Positions 1-13,101 of a DNA stretch of 64,000 nucleotides are shown here, piece by piece; positions within the stretch are counted from its first letter, which is position 1; every line of letters starts with the position of its first letter. A program made the position numbers and the translations under genes. This stretch comes from an uncultured bacterium (GTDB lineage Bacteria; Fermentibacterota; Fermentibacteria; Fermentibacterales; JCC-6), in the NCBI GenBank assembly GCA_964426545.1, contig CAYRQP010000002.1, positions 44,979-108,978 on the forward strand, written 5' to 3'. The notes under the pieces were generated by a model. The model was not told the DNA's origin. It did no database searches and saw only the letters and a program-made list of their open reading frames with translations.

Positions 1-178
1 AGCGAAGAAAATTCCAATCATCAAGATTGTTAAGGAAGAGCTAGAACTCAACCTTCAGGAAGCAAAGAAACTCGTTGACGATGTCCCCTCGAAATTACGC
101 GAAGATGTGAGTAAGGAAGAGGCGGAAGCTTTCAAGAAGAAACTCGAAGAAGCCGGCGCTACCGTCAAACTTCAATAA
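1..178 (+). CDS. rplL: 50S ribosomal protein L7/L12, C-terminal fragment (gene begins upstream of window)
   Basis: Frame-2 translation ...[58 protein letters not shown] matches the conserved L7/L12 C-terminal domain; TAA at 176-178; sits immediately upstream of rpoB as in the canonical rplL-rpoB arrangement. Confidence 0.85.
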   Translation, partial: AKKIPIIKIVKEELELNLQEAKKLVDDVPSKLREDVSKEEAEAFKKKLEEAGATVKLQ

Positions 179-183
179 CATCT

Positions 184-236
184 ACTGCAATACTGCAAAA
201 GCGGGAAGGACGATGTCTTTCCCGCAGTATTCTGCA
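184..236 (+). terminator. stem-loop between rplL and rpoB (attenuator/partial terminator)
   Basis: Inverted repeat CTGCAATACTGC...GCAGTATTCTGCA enclosing GCGGGAAGGAC-GAT-GTCTTTCCCGC (11-bp stem, 1 mismatch) followed by a T-rich stretch; position matches the known rplL-rpoB attenuator location in other bacteria. Confidence 0.5.
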
Positions 237-298
237 CGCAATATTTTATACGGTTTCTACGGAATTTCATACCGTTTACAGCATGATAGGAGTAAACA

Positions 299-3200
299 GT
301 GAAGGATAAAAGACCGATAAGAAATTATGCACGGGTTGAACCTGTAATTGACATTCCGGACCTTCTGAAAATCCAGCGCGAATCCTTCGACAGTTTCCTG
401 CAAAACGATGTTCCCAAAGACGAACGGCTCCCTCAGGGGCTTGAGAAGATATTCAGGGATATATTCCCAATTGAAAGCAACAACAAAGAATATTCGCTGG
501 AATATGTGAACTACGAACTCGGGCACCCCAAGTACTCGACTCAGGAAGCCCTGAATAAGGGGCTTACCTACTCCGTGCCATTGACTGCAATGCTCAGACT
601 GATAATCAGAACTCCGCTCGATGAGTCCGCAGACAGTAAAAATACAGAGGTATGGAAAGTTCTGAGGGGAATAGACAGTGCTGTATTTCTTGGTGAACTG
701 CCGACAATGACAGAGACCGGCTCGTTTATTATCAATGGTGCTGAAAGAGTCATTGTAAGCCAGCTGCACAGAAGCCCGGGTGTGTTTTTCGAAGAAAAGA
801 CCATGCTCAGGGGACCTACGAATCTATCAGCAAGGGTAATACCATCCAGGGGTTCGTGGATTGATATAAAAATCGATGCAAATGACATTCTCTATGCAAA
901 TATCGATAAAAGAACAAAGCGGATTCCGATAACTATGCTTCTGAGAGCACTTGGTTTGTCGACAGATGCAGAAATTCTTGCTGCGTTCTATCCTACTGTG
1001 GAACTGGATATTAGCAAGGTGCTGGGACGAAAATCATCTGATGCAGATGATGATTCTCCGGAAAGTAAAACCAACATCATAGAACTTACACTCAAATCAT
1101 TTGCTGATGACATCATTGACCCGGAAACGGGTGAGTTGCTTGCCGCCTGTGATGAACCGGTTGAAAGCGAAGAAAAGGTAGAAATGCTTGCCGAACACGG
1201 TATCACCAAAATAAAATTTCTGGGATCCCGACATGAATCGAGTGACTTTGCAGGAATAAGGAAAACTCTGATTAAAGAATCGTCCAACCTTGGAGCCGGT
1301 GTCGAGAAAAATGAAGACTCGGCAACAATGTGGATCTATGAAGCACTCAGGGGAACGGAAGCTCCCAACATAGATCATGCACGGAGTTATCTACGATCGA
1401 TGTTCTTCGATTCAAAGAGGTACAATCTCAGTGAAGTAGGCAGATACAAACTCAATGAACGTCTGAACATCAGTACTTCCATGGAAAAGCTGACCCTGAC
1501 TGTCGCTGATTTTGTTTCAATCGTCGACAATCTGATGCTGCTTCGAGAAGGTCTGAATACTTCAGATGATATCGATCATCTCGGCAATCGTCGGGTGAGA
1601 ACAGTCGGAGAACTTCTCGGACTTGAGTTTTCAAAGGGACTTGGGAGAATGGCAAGGACAATAAAGGACAAGATGGGGCATACCGATAAAGAAAAACTGA
1701 CACCGCATGCCCTTGTCAATTCGAGGACGCTCTCGAGTGTGATTAAGAGTTTCTTTGGGTCCAACCAGCTCTCTCAATTCATGGAGCAAACGAACCCAAT
1801 TGCTGAACTCACACATAAACGAAGACTCAGTGCACTCGGACCTGGCGGACTGACACGGGAAAGAGCCGGATTCGATGTACGCGATGTGCATCATACACAC
1901 TATGGCAGAATTTGTCCCGTCGAGACGCCGGAAGGCCCGAACATCGGGCTCATTACAACTTTGTCGATGTTTGCCACAATAAACCGTTTTGGTTTTCTTG
2001 AATCTCCATACAGGAGAGTAATCGACGGAAGGGTAACCGATGAAGTTGTTTACCTCTCGGCTGACAGAGAAGACAGGATGATAATTGCAGAAGCAGATTC
2101 TGAGATAGATAAGAACGGATATCTGGCAAATGACCTGATAAGAACACGAAAGGCAGCCACCTTTCCAATGGTTTCTCCCGAAAAGGTGGACTTCATCGAT
2201 GTAAGTCCAAAACAGCTGGTGGGCGTATCGGCATCTTTGATTCCATTCCTCGAACACGATGATGCGAACAGGGCTTTGATGGGTTCGAACATGCAGCGTC
2301 AGGCAGTTCCGCTCCTTTACCCTCACGCTCCTTTTATAGGAACAGGAATGGAAAGACGGGCTGCAAGGGATTCAGGAGCACTGGTGGTGGCTGAGAGAGC
2401 AGGACAGGTTGTCTATGCAGATTCACAGAAAGCAGTTATCAAATCCGATACAGGGAAGAGCGAATTCAATATTTTCGATTCCTATTGTTTCAAGAACTTC
2501 ATAAGAACAAATCAGGATACCTGTCTTAACCAGAGACCTCTCGTTCGGATCGGAGACAAGGTGAAAAGGGGGTCAGTCATAGGTGATGGAATTTCGACCG
2601 ATGACGGAAGGCTCGCTCTCGGAGTGAACGCACTCGTCGCTTTCGTTCCGTGGAACGGGTACAACTATGAGGATGCCATAGTTGTCAGCGAACGGCTTAT
2701 CAAGGATGATATTTTTGCCTCGCTGCACATTGTGGAAGAGGAAGTTCAGTTCAGGGAGACCAAACTTGGTCCCCAGGAACTTACAAGAGAACTTCCGGAG
2801 AAGGAATCCAATGCACTGGAATTGAGACATCTCGATGAAGATGGAATAGTAAAAATAGGCTCGAGAGTAAAAGAGCGTGATATCCTGGTTGGCAGAATCA
2901 CTCCGGCCGGAGAGAAAGAACTTTCACCCTCAGAACGTCTTATTAGAGCAATATTTGGGAAAAAAGCAGGTGATATCAAAGATGTATCTCTTAAAGCGTC
3001 TACCGGCATGGATGGATATGTAACTGATGTCAAGGTGTTTTCGAGGAAAGACAGTTCAGAGAGAACACTTAGAGAAATCGACATAAAAAGCGACCACCTC
3101 AGGGAAAGTATTTTAGAACGGAAAAATCGCCTGGAAAAAGAACTGGACGATGTGCTGACAGAAGCTCTCAAAGACATGAAAGCAGTAAATATCGTTGACA

Positions 3201-4171
3201 GGAATACAGGCGAACAGATCGTTCCCGCAGGCAGGAAGATAACAAAATCGTTGCTGAAGAAGATTGATTTTACAGAGATAGACAAGAACCAACAACTGAT
3301 AGAAGACCTTCAGAAAGATGACGAAATCCGCCAGATAATGAAGAAGGCATCTACTGAACTTCGAAAGTTGGACAACGAACAAGAGGGTGGACTTGAAAAA
3401 CTGCAGCGAGGAGATGACCTCCCGGCCGGAGTCATCAAGACGGTAAAAGTCACAATTGCAAAACGCCGAAACCTTCAGGTAGGTGACAAAATGGCAGGAC
3501 GGCACGGCAACAAGGGAGTGGTCAGTATAGTCGTTCCTGTTGAAGATATGCCGTTCCTCCCTGATGGAACTCCCATCGACATATGTCTGAATCCTCTGGG
3601 TGTACCCAGTAGAATGAATGTCGGGCAGATAATGGAAACAAATCTGGGAATGGCAGCGGGAAAAGTGGGTTACGACGTAGAAACCCCTGTTTTCGATTCT
3701 GCCACAAATGAGCAGATTGGCGATGCCCTCAAGGAAGCTGGACTGGATACAGACGGAAAGACTGTTCTTTACGACGGAAAGACCGGAGATGCGTTTGATC
3801 AGCGAGTGACGGTCGGCATTATGTATATGATGAAACTCAATCACCAGGTAGATGATAAAATTCACGCCAGATCAACAGGTCCATATGCCATGGTAACCCA
3901 GCAGCCCCTCGGCGGAAAAGCCCAAAACGGTGGACAGCGGCTTGGGGAGATGGAAGTCTGGGCTCTTGAAGCTTATGGAGCTGCAAATTGTCTTAAAGAA
4001 ATGCTCACAATAAAATCAGATGATATAGACGGACGTGACAGAGCCTTCAGTGCAATGGTCAATAACAAACCCATACCGACTTCACTGATACCGGAATCCT
4101 TCAATGTTCTTAGAAATGAGATGAGGAGTCTGGCTCTCGATGTTGAACTTATCCGTGAGGAGGAGGAATAA
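299..4171 (+). CDS. rpoB: DNA-directed RNA polymerase subunit beta
   Basis: 1290-aa ORF, GTG start preceded by AGGAG; contains the hallmark beta-subunit motifs (…[10 protein letters not shown]…, …[13 protein letters not shown]…); followed 2 nt later by rpoC. Confidence 0.97.
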   Translation: MKDKRPIRNYARVEPVIDIPDLLKIQRESFDSFLQNDVPKDERLPQGLEKIFRDIFPIESNNKEYSLEYVNYELGHPKYSTQEALNKGLTYSVPLTAMLRLIIRTPLDESADSKNTEVWKVLRGIDSAVFLGELPTMTETGSFIINGAERVIVSQLHRSPGVFFEEKTMLRGPTNLSARVIPSRGSWIDIKIDANDILYANIDKRTKRIPITMLLRALGLSTDAEILAAFYPTVELDISKVLGRKSSDADDDSPESKTNIIELTLKSFADDIIDPETGELLAACDEPVESEEKVEMLAEHGITKIKFLGSRHESSDFAGIRKTLIKESSNLGAGVEKNEDSATMWIYEALRGTEAPNIDHARSYLRSMFFDSKRYNLSEVGRYKLNERLNISTSMEKLTLTVADFVSIVDNLMLLREGLNTSDDIDHLGNRRVRTVGELLGLEFSKGLGRMARTIKDKMGHTDKEKLTPHALVNSRTLSSVIKSFFGSNQLSQFMEQTNPIAELTHKRRLSALGPGGLTRERAGFDVRDVHHTHYGRICPVETPEGPNIGLITTLSMFATINRFGFLESPYRRVIDGRVTDEVVYLSADREDRMIIAEADSEIDKNGYLANDLIRTRKAATFPMVSPEKVDFIDVSPKQLVGVSASLIPFLEHDDANRALMGSNMQRQAVPLLYPHAPFIGTGMERRAARDSGALVVAERAGQVVYADSQKAVIKSDTGKSEFNIFDSYCFKNFIRTNQDTCLNQRPLVRIGDKVKRGSVIGDGISTDDGRLALGVNALVAFVPWNGYNYEDAIVVSERLIKDDIFASLHIVEEEVQFRETKLGPQELTRELPEKESNALELRHLDEDGIVKIGSRVKERDILVGRITPAGEKELSPSERLIRAIFGKKAGDIKDVSLKASTGMDGYVTDVKVFSRKDSSERTLREIDIKSDHLRESILERKNRLEKELDDVLTEALKDMKAVNIVDRNTGEQIVPAGRKITKSLLKKIDFTEIDKNQQLIEDLQKDDEIRQIMKKASTELRKLDNEQEGGLEKLQRGDDLPAGVIKTVKVTIAKRRNLQVGDKMAGRHGNKGVVSIVVPVEDMPFLPDGTPIDICLNPLGVPSRMNVGQIMETNLGMAAGKVGYDVETPVFDSATNEQIGDALKEAGLDTDGKTVLYDGKTGDAFDQRVTVGIMYMMKLNHQVDDKIHARSTGPYAMVTQQPLGGKAQNGGQRLGEMEVWALEAYGAANCLKEMLTIKSDDIDGRDRAFSAMVNNKPIPTSLIPESFNVLRNEMRSLALDVELIREEEE

Positions 4172-4173
4172 TC

Positions 4174-7100
4174 ATGGCAGTTCGAAACGATGTCAGCAGA
4201 AATGCCAAGGGTCCCTTTGACTTCAAGGGTATTAAGATAAGTCTTGCTTCTCCGGAGAATATTCGGGAATGGTCAGAAGGAGAAGTAACTCAGGCTGAGA
4301 CCATAAACTATAGAAGCCATAAACCCGAGCCAGAAGGTCTGTTCTGTGAAAAGATATTCGGACCCGTCAGGGACTGGGAGTGCATGTGCGGTAAATTCAA
4401 GAGAGTGAGAAACAAGGGAATTGTATGTGACAGATGCGGGGTTAAGGTAACACATTCCCGTGTCCGCCGTGAGCGGATGGGACATATAGAACTTGCAGTC
4501 CCCGTTGTTCATATCTGGTACTTCAAATCCAGAAAAATATCGAAAATTCTGAATATCACGAACTCGAATCTTGAAAGAACCCTGTACTATGAATCGCTGA
4601 TAGTCATAAAGTCGGAACATCCGGATATCACTCAGGGTACCGTACTCTCAACTGACGAGTATCATCAGGCGAAAGAAGACTATGGAGATGTATTCAAAGT
4701 AGGAATGGGGGCGGAAGCCGTACTTACCCTTATTCGTGATATCAACCTTGAAGAATTGGCTGCATCCCTGCGGACGACCATTGCAAACGAGACAACCGCA
4801 TCACACAGACAAAAAAGTATAAAGCGTTTGAAGGAAGTTGAGGCTTTCAGACTTTCTACTGAAGACAATAAACCGGAATGGATGTTCATTAAAGTACTGC
4901 CGGTACTTCCTCCGGATCTTCGACCGCTTGTTCCTCTTGATGGCGGCAGATTCGCATCCAGTGATCTGAATGACCTTTACAGAAGAGTAATCAACAGGAA
5001 TAACAGATTGAAAAGACTACTTGACCTGCAGGCACCTGATGTAATTCTCAGAAACGAAAAGCGAATGCTGCAGGAGGCCGTGGACGCTGTACTTGACAAT
5101 TCTTCCAGAAGAAAACCTGTCAAGGGTGCCGGCATGCGTCCGCTAAGGAGTCTCTCTGACTTGCTGAAGGGAAAAAAGGGGCGATTTCGTCAGAATCTTC
5201 TCGGGAAACGTGTCGACTATTCAGGAAGAAGTGTAATTGTCGTAGGTCCCGATCTTAAACTTCATCAATGCGGAATCCCGAAAATGATGGCACTGGAACT
5301 CTTCAAACCATTTATCATTGCCAGACTGCATGCTGACAGCAACATGGGTATTACCATCAGGGAAGCTCAGACTAAATGGGAGAATCACGATCCTGCTGTA
5401 TGGCCGGTTCTCGAGCAGGTTATTCAGAATCACCCTGTATTGCTGAACAGAGCACCGACACTTCACCGTCTTGGCGTACAGGCTTTCGAGCCGGTTCTTA
5501 TTGAAGGAAAGGCTATACAGCTTCATCCTCTGGCATGTGCTGCCTTCAACGCTGACTTCGACGGTGACCAGATGGCTGTTCATGTCCCGTTGTCGACGGA
5601 AGCCCAGATAGAAGCGAGAGTACTTATGCTTGGAAGCACCAATATTCTGAGACCCGCAAGCGGAGAGCCAGTTGCAGCACCAAGTCAGGATATGGTAATA
5701 GGTATTTACTATCTAACCAAACCAATGCCGGGTGCGAAGGGAGAAGGAATGCTCTTCTTTTCGAAGAGTGAGGTAAGAGCAGCTCTCGATGCCGGGAAAG
5801 TAGACCTTCATGCGAAGATCAAGATCAAAGGCGTTAATGTTCTGACCGAGCACAATGGCGATGAAGTTAGAAAGCCTGCATTCTGGAAAGACTATACTAC
5901 CGTTGGGCAAGTAGTGTTCAATGAGATAGTTCCCGATAAACTCGGATACATCCTGGCAAACGCCCGAATTCCGCACGAGCAGATATTTTCCAAGAAAGGT
6001 ATCAGTGCACTAGTAAGTCGGTGTTTCAGCGAAGTTGGTTCAGTGGAAACAGCAATAATGCTTGATAATCTCAAGGATTTAGGTTTTCACTATGCAACTA
6101 CATCCGGGCTTACAATCGGTATGGATGATATGCGGATTCCGGTGGGAAAAGCTGAGTTGATCCGAAAAGCAAGAGAACAGATAAGAGCCATTGAAATAAG
6201 CAATAGAAACGGTGAACTCACAGAAGCTGAACGATATAACAGGGTTATCGATACCTGGGCGAAAGTGACAGACGCTATTTCAGTTGCCATGATGGAAGGA
6301 TTAAGTCACGAAAATCACGGCTTCAATCCAATTTTCATGATGGCGAATTCAGGGGCAAGGGGAAGCAAGGACCAGATGAAACAGCTTGCCGGTATGCGCG
6401 GTCTTATGGCAAAACCGACTAAGAAGATGATAGGAGAACTTGGTGAGACCATTGAGACTCCGATTATTTCTTCCCTTAAAGAGGGACTTTCGGTTATCGA
6501 ATATTCCATTTCGACCCACGGTGCCCGAAAGGGTCTTGCAGATACTGCACTGAAGACAGCGGACGCAGGTTACCTGACCAGAAGACTCGTTGATGTCTGT
6601 CAGGATGTCATTATCAGAACCGAGGATTGCGGAACAGTTCTCGGAAGAGTAATTACTGACCTGAAGGATGGCGAAAAGATAATTGAGCCCCTTAAGGACC
6701 GTATTCTCGGTAGAATTGCTGCAGAGACTATTTATGCACCGGGCAGCGAAGAGGTGATATGTATTGCAGGTCAGGAGATAACTCCGGTTCTTGCATCGAA
6801 AATAGACGAAACAGGCATAGAATCCGTCAGGATAAGAAGTGTACTCACCTGTCAGGCAAAACGGGGACTATGTGCCAAATGTTACGGGTGGGACCTTTCC
6901 CGCAACAGAATGGTGACGATAGGAGAAGCAGTAGGTGTAATTGCCGCTCAGAGTATTGGTGAGCCGGGTACTCAGCTCACCCTTCGGACCTTCCATACAG
7001 GTGGAGTCGCAGGCCGGGAGGCAAGGGAATCAGATGTTGTTGCAAGACACCCCGGAAGAATAAGTTACAGGAATTACTATAATGTAAGATATGAGAACGA

Positions 7101-8928
7101 AGCCGGCGAGGAGACTACAATATCCACCCGAAACACCCAGGTCGACATTCTCGACAAAGTTGGAGATGTTCTCTCTTCTTATGACATAGTAGTTGGTTCG
7201 ATCATGCACATCGAAGATGAGAAAAACATCGAAAAAGGTGATGTCATCTGCAACAGCGACCCATTCATCATTCCAATAGTAGCCGAGCAATCCGGAAGTG
7301 TACACTATGTCGATATTGAAGAAGACATTACCCTGAAGGAAGATTTCGACAGCGAACAGCGGAAGCAGATGGTCATAGTTGCAGACAAAAGTAAAACTCT
7401 TCATCCGCATGTATTCATTCTTCCGGAAGAAGTAGTTGTTCTGAGTGGAAGGGCCAGACGGCGGGAAGAAGAACTTCATACGGCATCTGACCTTATCACT
7501 GAAGTGAAGCACGGAGCCGGACGTGTAATTTTCACATATCAGCATGTAAGCGGGATGAAGACAGATACATTTGCAATAGAATACCTGAAAAAAGCAAAGA
7601 CAGAAAAGCTGCTTTCAGAATTTGTCGACTGCAGAAAAGTAGGAACCGGAAGTTATGCTGCCTTTGTCGATGCTTCACGCAGTATCATCAAGTCTTTCAA
7701 GGGCAAGGCAAAGAAACAGACAACCGCTCTCTCAAAAGCAGTAGATGACCTCGAAAAAGCCAAAGCAGGCAAGAACGGGAAAATTGAAGAGCAATTCGTG
7801 AGTGCTCTGTGCGAATTGAGCAGGAAAGGACATTTTTCCATAATTCTCGATTCGCTCGACCACGCTCATGCAGGAACCAGGAAACTCGTGAGACTGCTGC
7901 AGAACTCCATTGCAGAAAGTGCAATTCTTCTGTTGATCTCTTTCGCACTGACCGGCTGGAGGACTCATATCCAGCAGAAAGCCGGCGAGAAGAAAGAAAT
8001 CGATCCGGTTGAAGCATTCATAGAAGATATCGTAAAAGGGAAGTATGCAATCTCGAGTGGTGCAAACCTGAGAGTAGCTGACGGAAGTATCATCAAGAAT
8101 GGAATGCACATTGCGAGAATCGAAAGAAAACTGGGGCACCAGAAGGATATCACAGGCGGGCTTCCAAGAGTGGAGGAACTGTTTGAGGCAAGGAACCCCA
8201 AAGATGCTGCAGGTATTGCCGAAATAAACGGAGTAGTTGCCATAAGTCCTATCAAGACAGGGCAGAGAACAATCACAATCAGGGGCGATCAGGGAACATC
8301 TGCGAGTATGAAGGTCCCTGCAACCAAACATATCCGTGTACACGAAGGAGATAGAGTGAAGGCGGGAGACAGGTTGATAGAAGGCTCTCTTTCCCCGCAT
8401 GATATTCTCAGGGTAATGGGTACTGAGGTGACAGAGAAATATCTTCTCAACGAAGTGCAGGAAGTTTACAGGCTGCAGGGCGTGAAGATAAACGATAAAC
8501 ACATAAGTATTGTAGTTCGCCAGATGCTTGCAAAAGCAAAGATCGATAACCCGGGGGACACGAGATTCCTTGAAGGTTCGCAGATAGACCGAAGAGAACT
8601 TCAGACTGAAAATGCATATGTTATAGCCGAAGGCGGGAAACCAGCAACTTCATCTGTTCTGCTCCTTGGAATTACGAAAGCATCGCTGGCAACATCGAGT
8701 TTTCTTTCAGCAGCATCTTTTCAGGAGACAAACAAAGTACTTGGAAATGCGGCTACGCAGGCAAAAACTGATTTCCTTCAGGGTCTTAAAGAAAATGTAA
8801 TAGTTGGTCATCTCATCCCCGCAGGCGCCGGTATCAAAAAATATCAGAATATTCATCTGACGATGAGTGACGGCAGCAAACTTCCGCAGAAACCGGAAGA
8901 AAAAGAGGATATTGACGAGGGAACATAA
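4174..8928 (+). CDS. rpoC: DNA-directed RNA polymerase subunit beta' (long form, 1584 aa, lineage-specific insertion)
   Basis: Zn-finger CMCGKFKRV…CDRCGV, catalytic NADFDGDQM motif, conserved C-terminal domain; continuous ORF. Confidence 0.97.
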   Translation: MAVRNDVSRNAKGPFDFKGIKISLASPENIREWSEGEVTQAETINYRSHKPEPEGLFCEKIFGPVRDWECMCGKFKRVRNKGIVCDRCGVKVTHSRVRRERMGHIELAVPVVHIWYFKSRKISKILNITNSNLERTLYYESLIVIKSEHPDITQGTVLSTDEYHQAKEDYGDVFKVGMGAEAVLTLIRDINLEELAASLRTTIANETTASHRQKSIKRLKEVEAFRLSTEDNKPEWMFIKVLPVLPPDLRPLVPLDGGRFASSDLNDLYRRVINRNNRLKRLLDLQAPDVILRNEKRMLQEAVDAVLDNSSRRKPVKGAGMRPLRSLSDLLKGKKGRFRQNLLGKRVDYSGRSVIVVGPDLKLHQCGIPKMMALELFKPFIIARLHADSNMGITIREAQTKWENHDPAVWPVLEQVIQNHPVLLNRAPTLHRLGVQAFEPVLIEGKAIQLHPLACAAFNADFDGDQMAVHVPLSTEAQIEARVLMLGSTNILRPASGEPVAAPSQDMVIGIYYLTKPMPGAKGEGMLFFSKSEVRAALDAGKVDLHAKIKIKGVNVLTEHNGDEVRKPAFWKDYTTVGQVVFNEIVPDKLGYILANARIPHEQIFSKKGISALVSRCFSEVGSVETAIMLDNLKDLGFHYATTSGLTIGMDDMRIPVGKAELIRKAREQIRAIEISNRNGELTEAERYNRVIDTWAKVTDAISVAMMEGLSHENHGFNPIFMMANSGARGSKDQMKQLAGMRGLMAKPTKKMIGELGETIETPIISSLKEGLSVIEYSISTHGARKGLADTALKTADAGYLTRRLVDVCQDVIIRTEDCGTVLGRVITDLKDGEKIIEPLKDRILGRIAAETIYAPGSEEVICIAGQEITPVLASKIDETGIESVRIRSVLTCQAKRGLCAKCYGWDLSRNRMVTIGEAVGVIAAQSIGEPGTQLTLRTFHTGGVAGREARESDVVARHPGRISYRNYYNVRYENEAGEETTISTRNTQVDILDKVGDVLSSYDIVVGSIMHIEDEKNIEKGDVICNSDPFIIPIVAEQSGSVHYVDIEEDITLKEDFDSEQRKQMVIVADKSKTLHPHVFILPEEVVVLSGRARRREEELHTASDLITEVKHGAGRVIFTYQHVSGMKTDTFAIEYLKKAKTEKLLSEFVDCRKVGTGSYAAFVDASRSIIKSFKGKAKKQTTALSKAVDDLEKAKAGKNGKIEEQFVSALCELSRKGHFSIILDSLDHAHAGTRKLVRLLQNSIAESAILLLISFALTGWRTHIQQKAGEKKEIDPVEAFIEDIVKGKYAISSGANLRVADGSIIKNGMHIARIERKLGHQKDITGGLPRVEELFEARNPKDAAGIAEINGVVAISPIKTGQRTITIRGDQGTSASMKVPATKHIRVHEGDRVKAGDRLIEGSLSPHDILRVMGTEVTEKYLLNEVQEVYRLQGVKINDKHISIVVRQMLAKAKIDNPGDTRFLEGSQIDRRELQTENAYVIAEGGKPATSSVLLLGITKASLATSSFLSAASFQETNKVLGNAATQAKTDFLQGLKENVIVGHLIPAGAGIKKYQNIHLTMSDGSKLPQKPEEKEDIDEGT

Positions 8929-8993
8929 ACAGAATAGAATAATGCTCTTGATTTTATAAGCAGGATTTACTGATTAACTGAAAGGAAGGCAAT

Positions 8994-9362
8994 TTGCCAA
9001 CAATTAACCAACTGGTGCGAAAAGGCAGGAAGAAACAGGTGTCTAAGACGAAGGCCAGGGCACTTGAAGGATGTCCGCAGAAAAGTGGCATCTGCACAAG
9101 AGTATATACATCCACACCGAAAAAACCCAATTCCGCCTTGAGAAAAGTAGCAAGAGTCCGGCTTCGAAACGGATTTGAAGTCACAGCATATATACCGGGC
9201 ATCGACCACAATCTCAACGAACACTCGGTTGTTCTGATAAGAGGTGGCCGAGTAAAAGACCTGCCCGGCGTGCGTTATCATATCATTAGAGGAGTCGAGG
9301 ACGCGTCCGGAGTAGAAGGAAGAAAGCAAAGCCGGTCGAAATACGGCACAAGAAAATCATAG
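8994..9362 (+). CDS. rpsL: 30S ribosomal protein S12
   Basis: [12 protein letters not shown]… conserved S12 sequence; apparent TTG start after GAAAGGAAGG RBS. Confidence 0.95.
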   Translation: MPTINQLVRKGRKKQVSKTKARALEGCPQKSGICTRVYTSTPKKPNSALRKVARVRLRNGFEVTAYIPGIDHNLNEHSVVLIRGGRVKDLPGVRYHIIRGVEDASGVEGRKQSRSKYGTRKS

Positions 9363-9372
9363 TGGGAGAATA

Positions 9373-9846
9373 ATGGCAAGAAGATCCAGACCAAAAAAGA
9401 GAGAGATAATCTCTGACAGAAAATTCGGCAGTCTCCTCATCGCGAAGTTTATAAGTAAACTCATGTATGACGGCAAAAAGACCAAGGCTGAAAAAGTATT
9501 CTACGATGCAATGGATATCGTTACTGACAAGACAGGACAAGACTCCGTAACCATCTTCAACAGAGCAATGGGTAATGTCCGTCCGCAGTTGAAGGTAAAG
9601 TCGCGAAGAGTCGGTGGTTCGACATATCAGATTCCAATGGAAGTTTCACCGCACGAAAGAGACTCTCTCGCTATCCGATGGATAATACACTACGCACGCG
9701 AAAGAAAAGGCAACAGTACTGCTGATAAACTAGCAACAGAGATAATCAATGCATCAAAAGGCGAAAATGCCGGAAGTGTAAAAAAGAGAGAAGATACTCA
9801 TAAGATGGCAGAGGCAAATAAAGCCTTTGCTCATTACCGCTGGTAG
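9373..9846 (+). CDS. rpsG: 30S ribosomal protein S7
   Basis: MARRSRPKKREI… conserved S7; canonical position after rpsL. Confidence 0.95.
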   Translation: MARRSRPKKREIISDRKFGSLLIAKFISKLMYDGKKTKAEKVFYDAMDIVTDKTGQDSVTIFNRAMGNVRPQLKVKSRRVGGSTYQIPMEVSPHERDSLAIRWIIHYARERKGNSTADKLATEIINASKGENAGSVKKREDTHKMAEANKAFAHYRW

Positions 9847-9905
9847 ACTGCACTTTCAAGTACCCGGTGAGATCTTATGAGAGTTTATCACACCGGGGGA
9901 ATTAA

Positions 9906-11972
9906 GTGGTTTATTCCATAGTCAAGACCCGTAATATCGGTATCATGGCACACATCGATGCAGGAAAAACAACTGTCACCGAAAGAATACTCTACTATAC
10001 GGGTAGAACTCACAAGATTGGCAATGTCGATCACGGTACAGCTGCTATGGACTGGATGCCCCAGGAACGGGAAAGGGGCATTACAATCACATCGGCTGCA
10101 ACAACTTGCTTCTGGAAAAATACAAAAATAAACATAATCGATACCCCGGGACATGTTGACTTTACCGCTGAAGTCGAGAGAAGTCTTAGGGTGATAGACG
10201 GAGCTGTTGCTGTTTTCTGTGCCGTCGGCGGAGTCGAACCGCAGTCAGAGACTGTATGGCATCAGGCGGACAAATACAATGTCCCGAGAATTGCCTTTGT
10301 CAATAAAATGGACAGGCAGGGAGCTGATTTCCAACGAGTTCTGCAAATGATGCATGATATGCTCGGAGCAGTTCCTGTTCCAGTCAACCTTCCCATGGGC
10401 GGAGGAATGGATTTTGAGGGTATAATCAGTGTTCTCGAGGGGAAGGCAATCTATTTCAACCATGAAACCAGCGGTGCTACATACCGAAAAGAGGAAATTC
10501 CTGAAAAGTACCGGGATCTGTATAAAGAAGCCCGAAAATTACTTTGGGAGACTGTTGCCATGTTCGATGATAGAGCAATGGAGAAGTACTTCAGGGAAGA
10601 ACTTCATTCATCCGAAGTCAATAAACTCATCAGGAAAGCAACCATTGAAGGTAACATAGTTCCGGTTCTCTGCGGAGCTGCCTTGAAAAACATTGGAGTT
10701 CAGCAGCTTCTTGATGCTATTGTCGACTGGCTTCCGTCACCTTCGGACCTTCCGGATGTTGAGGGAACGGACGAACATGGGAATGCAGTTGTAAGAAAAA
10801 GAAACAGCAAAGAACCGTTTGCTGCTCTGATATTCAAAATTCAAAGTGATGCGCACCTTGGAAGGCTCGCATTTATCAGAGTCTATAGCGGCAGTATTGA
10901 AGACGGGGCAAAGATACTGAATAACTCAACAGGAAAGAAAACAAGATTACTGAGGCTGGTTCAGATGCATGCGGCAAAGAGGATTCACTTAGATTCAATT
11001 GAGGCAGGTGATATTGCAGCAGCCGGAATCAAACTTGCTTCGACCGGTGATACCATAACTTCCATAGAACATCCTGTAATTCTCGAGAATATTACCTTCG
11101 AAGAACCTGTGATGCAGATAGCAATTGAACCGGTGAGTATTGCAGATGACAAAAAACTCGAAGAGGCTTTACAGGAGATGCTGTTCGAAGATCCTTCTCT
11201 GAAGATTGGGGCAGATCCCGATTCGGGACAGACCATCATGCGGGGAATGGGTGAACTGCATCTCGAAATAGTCACGGATAGATTAAACAGAGAAAAGAAA
11301 GTGGAAGTAAGAACAGGTAAACCCCAGGTAACATACAGGGAATCTATATCATGCACATCTGAAGAAGAAGGTGTCTTTGAAAAAGTGATACAGGGCAGAG
11401 GAAACTATGCTGCCGTTAATATCAGGGTAGTACCCATTGATACCGGTATTGAATTCTATGTATGTGTAAATGACACTGTAGTTCCGCAGCATTTCATCAA
11501 AGCAGTTGAAAGGGGTGTAATGGGGTCTGTTGGTGCAGGTCCGCTGGCAGGTTTTCCCCTCGACGGTATTCGGGTCGAACTGACGGGTATCGATATCAAT
11601 GAGACCGATTCGACAGAAACAGCCTTTTCCTATGCAGGTGCCATGGCTCTGCGGAAATCTGTACAAAAGGGCTGTCCTATACTGAAGGAACCTATAATGA
11701 GACTGGATATTACCTGCCCTGCGGATTACTTCGGTGAAGTTATAGGCGACATAAATGCACGGCGCGGAAAGGTTCAGAGTTTCGAGCAAAGGGGTGAAGT
11801 TCAGGCGATTATTGCAAGGGTACCCCTTGCAGAATTATTTGGTTATAGTAGTACCCTACGTTCTCTGAGTCAGGGAAGAGCAGGCTTTTCGATGCAATTT
11901 TCTGAGTATATGGAAGTAGCAGGTAATATTCAGAAGAAATTACTGGAAAAAATGGGAATATCCGGATATTAA
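9906..11972 (+). CDS. fusA: elongation factor G
   Basis: [17 protein letters not shown]1 motif, 688 aa, GTG start; canonical str-operon position. Confidence 0.95.
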   Translation: MVYSIVKTRNIGIMAHIDAGKTTVTERILYYTGRTHKIGNVDHGTAAMDWMPQERERGITITSAATTCFWKNTKINIIDTPGHVDFTAEVERSLRVIDGAVAVFCAVGGVEPQSETVWHQADKYNVPRIAFVNKMDRQGADFQRVLQMMHDMLGAVPVPVNLPMGGGMDFEGIISVLEGKAIYFNHETSGATYRKEEIPEKYRDLYKEARKLLWETVAMFDDRAMEKYFREELHSSEVNKLIRKATIEGNIVPVLCGAALKNIGVQQLLDAIVDWLPSPSDLPDVEGTDEHGNAVVRKRNSKEPFAALIFKIQSDAHLGRLAFIRVYSGSIEDGAKILNNSTGKKTRLLRLVQMHAAKRIHLDSIEAGDIAAAGIKLASTGDTITSIEHPVILENITFEEPVMQIAIEPVSIADDKKLEEALQEMLFEDPSLKIGADPDSGQTIMRGMGELHLEIVTDRLNREKKVEVRTGKPQVTYRESISCTSEEEGVFEKVIQGRGNYAAVNIRVVPIDTGIEFYVCVNDTVVPQHFIKAVERGVMGSVGAGPLAGFPLDGIRVELTGIDINETDSTETAFSYAGAMALRKSVQKGCPILKEPIMRLDITCPADYFGEVIGDINARRGKVQSFEQRGEVQAIIARVPLAELFGYSSTLRSLSQGRAGFSMQFSEYMEVAGNIQKKLLEKMGISGY

Positions 11973-12006
11973 ATCCGATGTAAATTGTTAGGAGCAACAG
12001 AGAATA

Positions 12007-12315
12007 ATGGGGAAAGTTAAAGTAAAACTCAAGGCTTATGATCATCGGCTTCTCGACCAGTCAACAAAGATAATCATCCGTGCAGTCAAGAAGACCGGAT
12101 CTACCATAACCGGACCTATACCGCTTCCAACCAAGCGGTCTGTATATACGGTATTGAGGAGTCCGCATGTTAACAAGAAGTCTCGTGAGCAGTTTGAAAT
12201 ACTTGTCCATTCACGATTGATAGAAATAACGGACCCGAACGAGGATACGATGTCGGCAATTCGTTCACTCGATATAGCTGCCGGCGTGGATGTTGAATTT
12301 AAGAGTTTTAGTTAG
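12007..12315 (+). CDS. rpsJ: 30S ribosomal protein S10
   Basis: KLKAYDHRLLDQS…GPIPLPT… conserved S10. Confidence 0.95.
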   Translation: MGKVKVKLKAYDHRLLDQSTKIIIRAVKKTGSTITGPIPLPTKRSVYTVLRSPHVNKKSREQFEILVHSRLIEITDPNEDTMSAIRSLDIAAGVDVEFKSFS

Positions 12316-12475
12316 TTAGTGCTATAAAGATAAAGTTCCTGATACTAACTGATTCGGCAAAAGCCGGATTAAGAGCAAAAGTCACACCGGGGAATAATAG
12401 TGGTATTTGCCGGGTGATATAACAGAAACGCTTGTCCCCCGCTATAGACGGGACTTCAGCGATAGGAAGTGATAC

Positions 12476-13099
12476 ATGAGCGGAATAATGGCTCGTAAAA
12501 TAGGTATGACCCGCATTTTCAACAAAGATGGAAATGCAGTACCGGTTACTGTACTGGAAGCACCCCCCTGTGCTGTCACTCAGGTAAAGAAACCGGAGAC
12601 TGACGGATACAGTGCTGTGCAGGTAGGCTACAAACATCAAAAAGAAAAGAGACTATCGAAGCCGCACTTAGGACATTTGAAACGTTCCGGCGTCAATAAT
12701 GTCTCCCGGCTGAAAGAGATACCCGTTACAGACAAAGAACTAAAACCCGGTGATATTATCGATGTCTCGATATTTACCCCGGGCGAGAAGGTCAGCGTGA
12801 CTGGGCGCACCCGCGGAAAGGGATTTCAGGGAGTCGTCAAACGGCACGGATTTTCATGTGGTGACAGTTCACACGGAAGTAAAACCCAGCGCACGGCAGG
12901 ATCCATTGGCCAGTGTGCTACACCTGCACGGGTATGGAAAAACAAAAAAATGCCCGGACGCGACGGCGGAACAAAAGTGACTATCCGAAATCTGGAGATT
13001 ATGCGAATTGATAATGAAAAGAACCTGATCATTATTAGAGGTGCTGTTCCCGGCGCAAAGAATGGATATCTTCTCGTTAAGAAGCAGGGAGGGAGATAA
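12476..13099 (+). CDS. rplC: 50S ribosomal protein L3
   Basis: MSGIMARKIGMTRIF… conserved L3. Confidence 0.95.
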   Translation: MSGIMARKIGMTRIFNKDGNAVPVTVLEAPPCAVTQVKKPETDGYSAVQVGYKHQKEKRLSKPHLGHLKRSGVNNVSRLKEIPVTDKELKPGDIIDVSIFTPGEKVSVTGRTRGKGFQGVVKRHGFSCGDSSHGSKTQRTAGSIGQCATPARVWKNKKMPGRDGGTKVTIRNLEIMRIDNEKNLIIIRGAVPGAKNGYLLVKKQGGR

Positions 13100-13101
13100 G
13101 C

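Noticed and set aside
1631-2326. 231-aa antisense ORF inside rpoB (and similar antisense ORFs 3113-3865, 7030-7545, 7732-8502 inside rpoB/rpoC)
   Set aside because: They fully overlap highly conserved RNAP coding sequence on the opposite strand, have no RBS and low-complexity composition. They are typical spurious long antisense ORFs.
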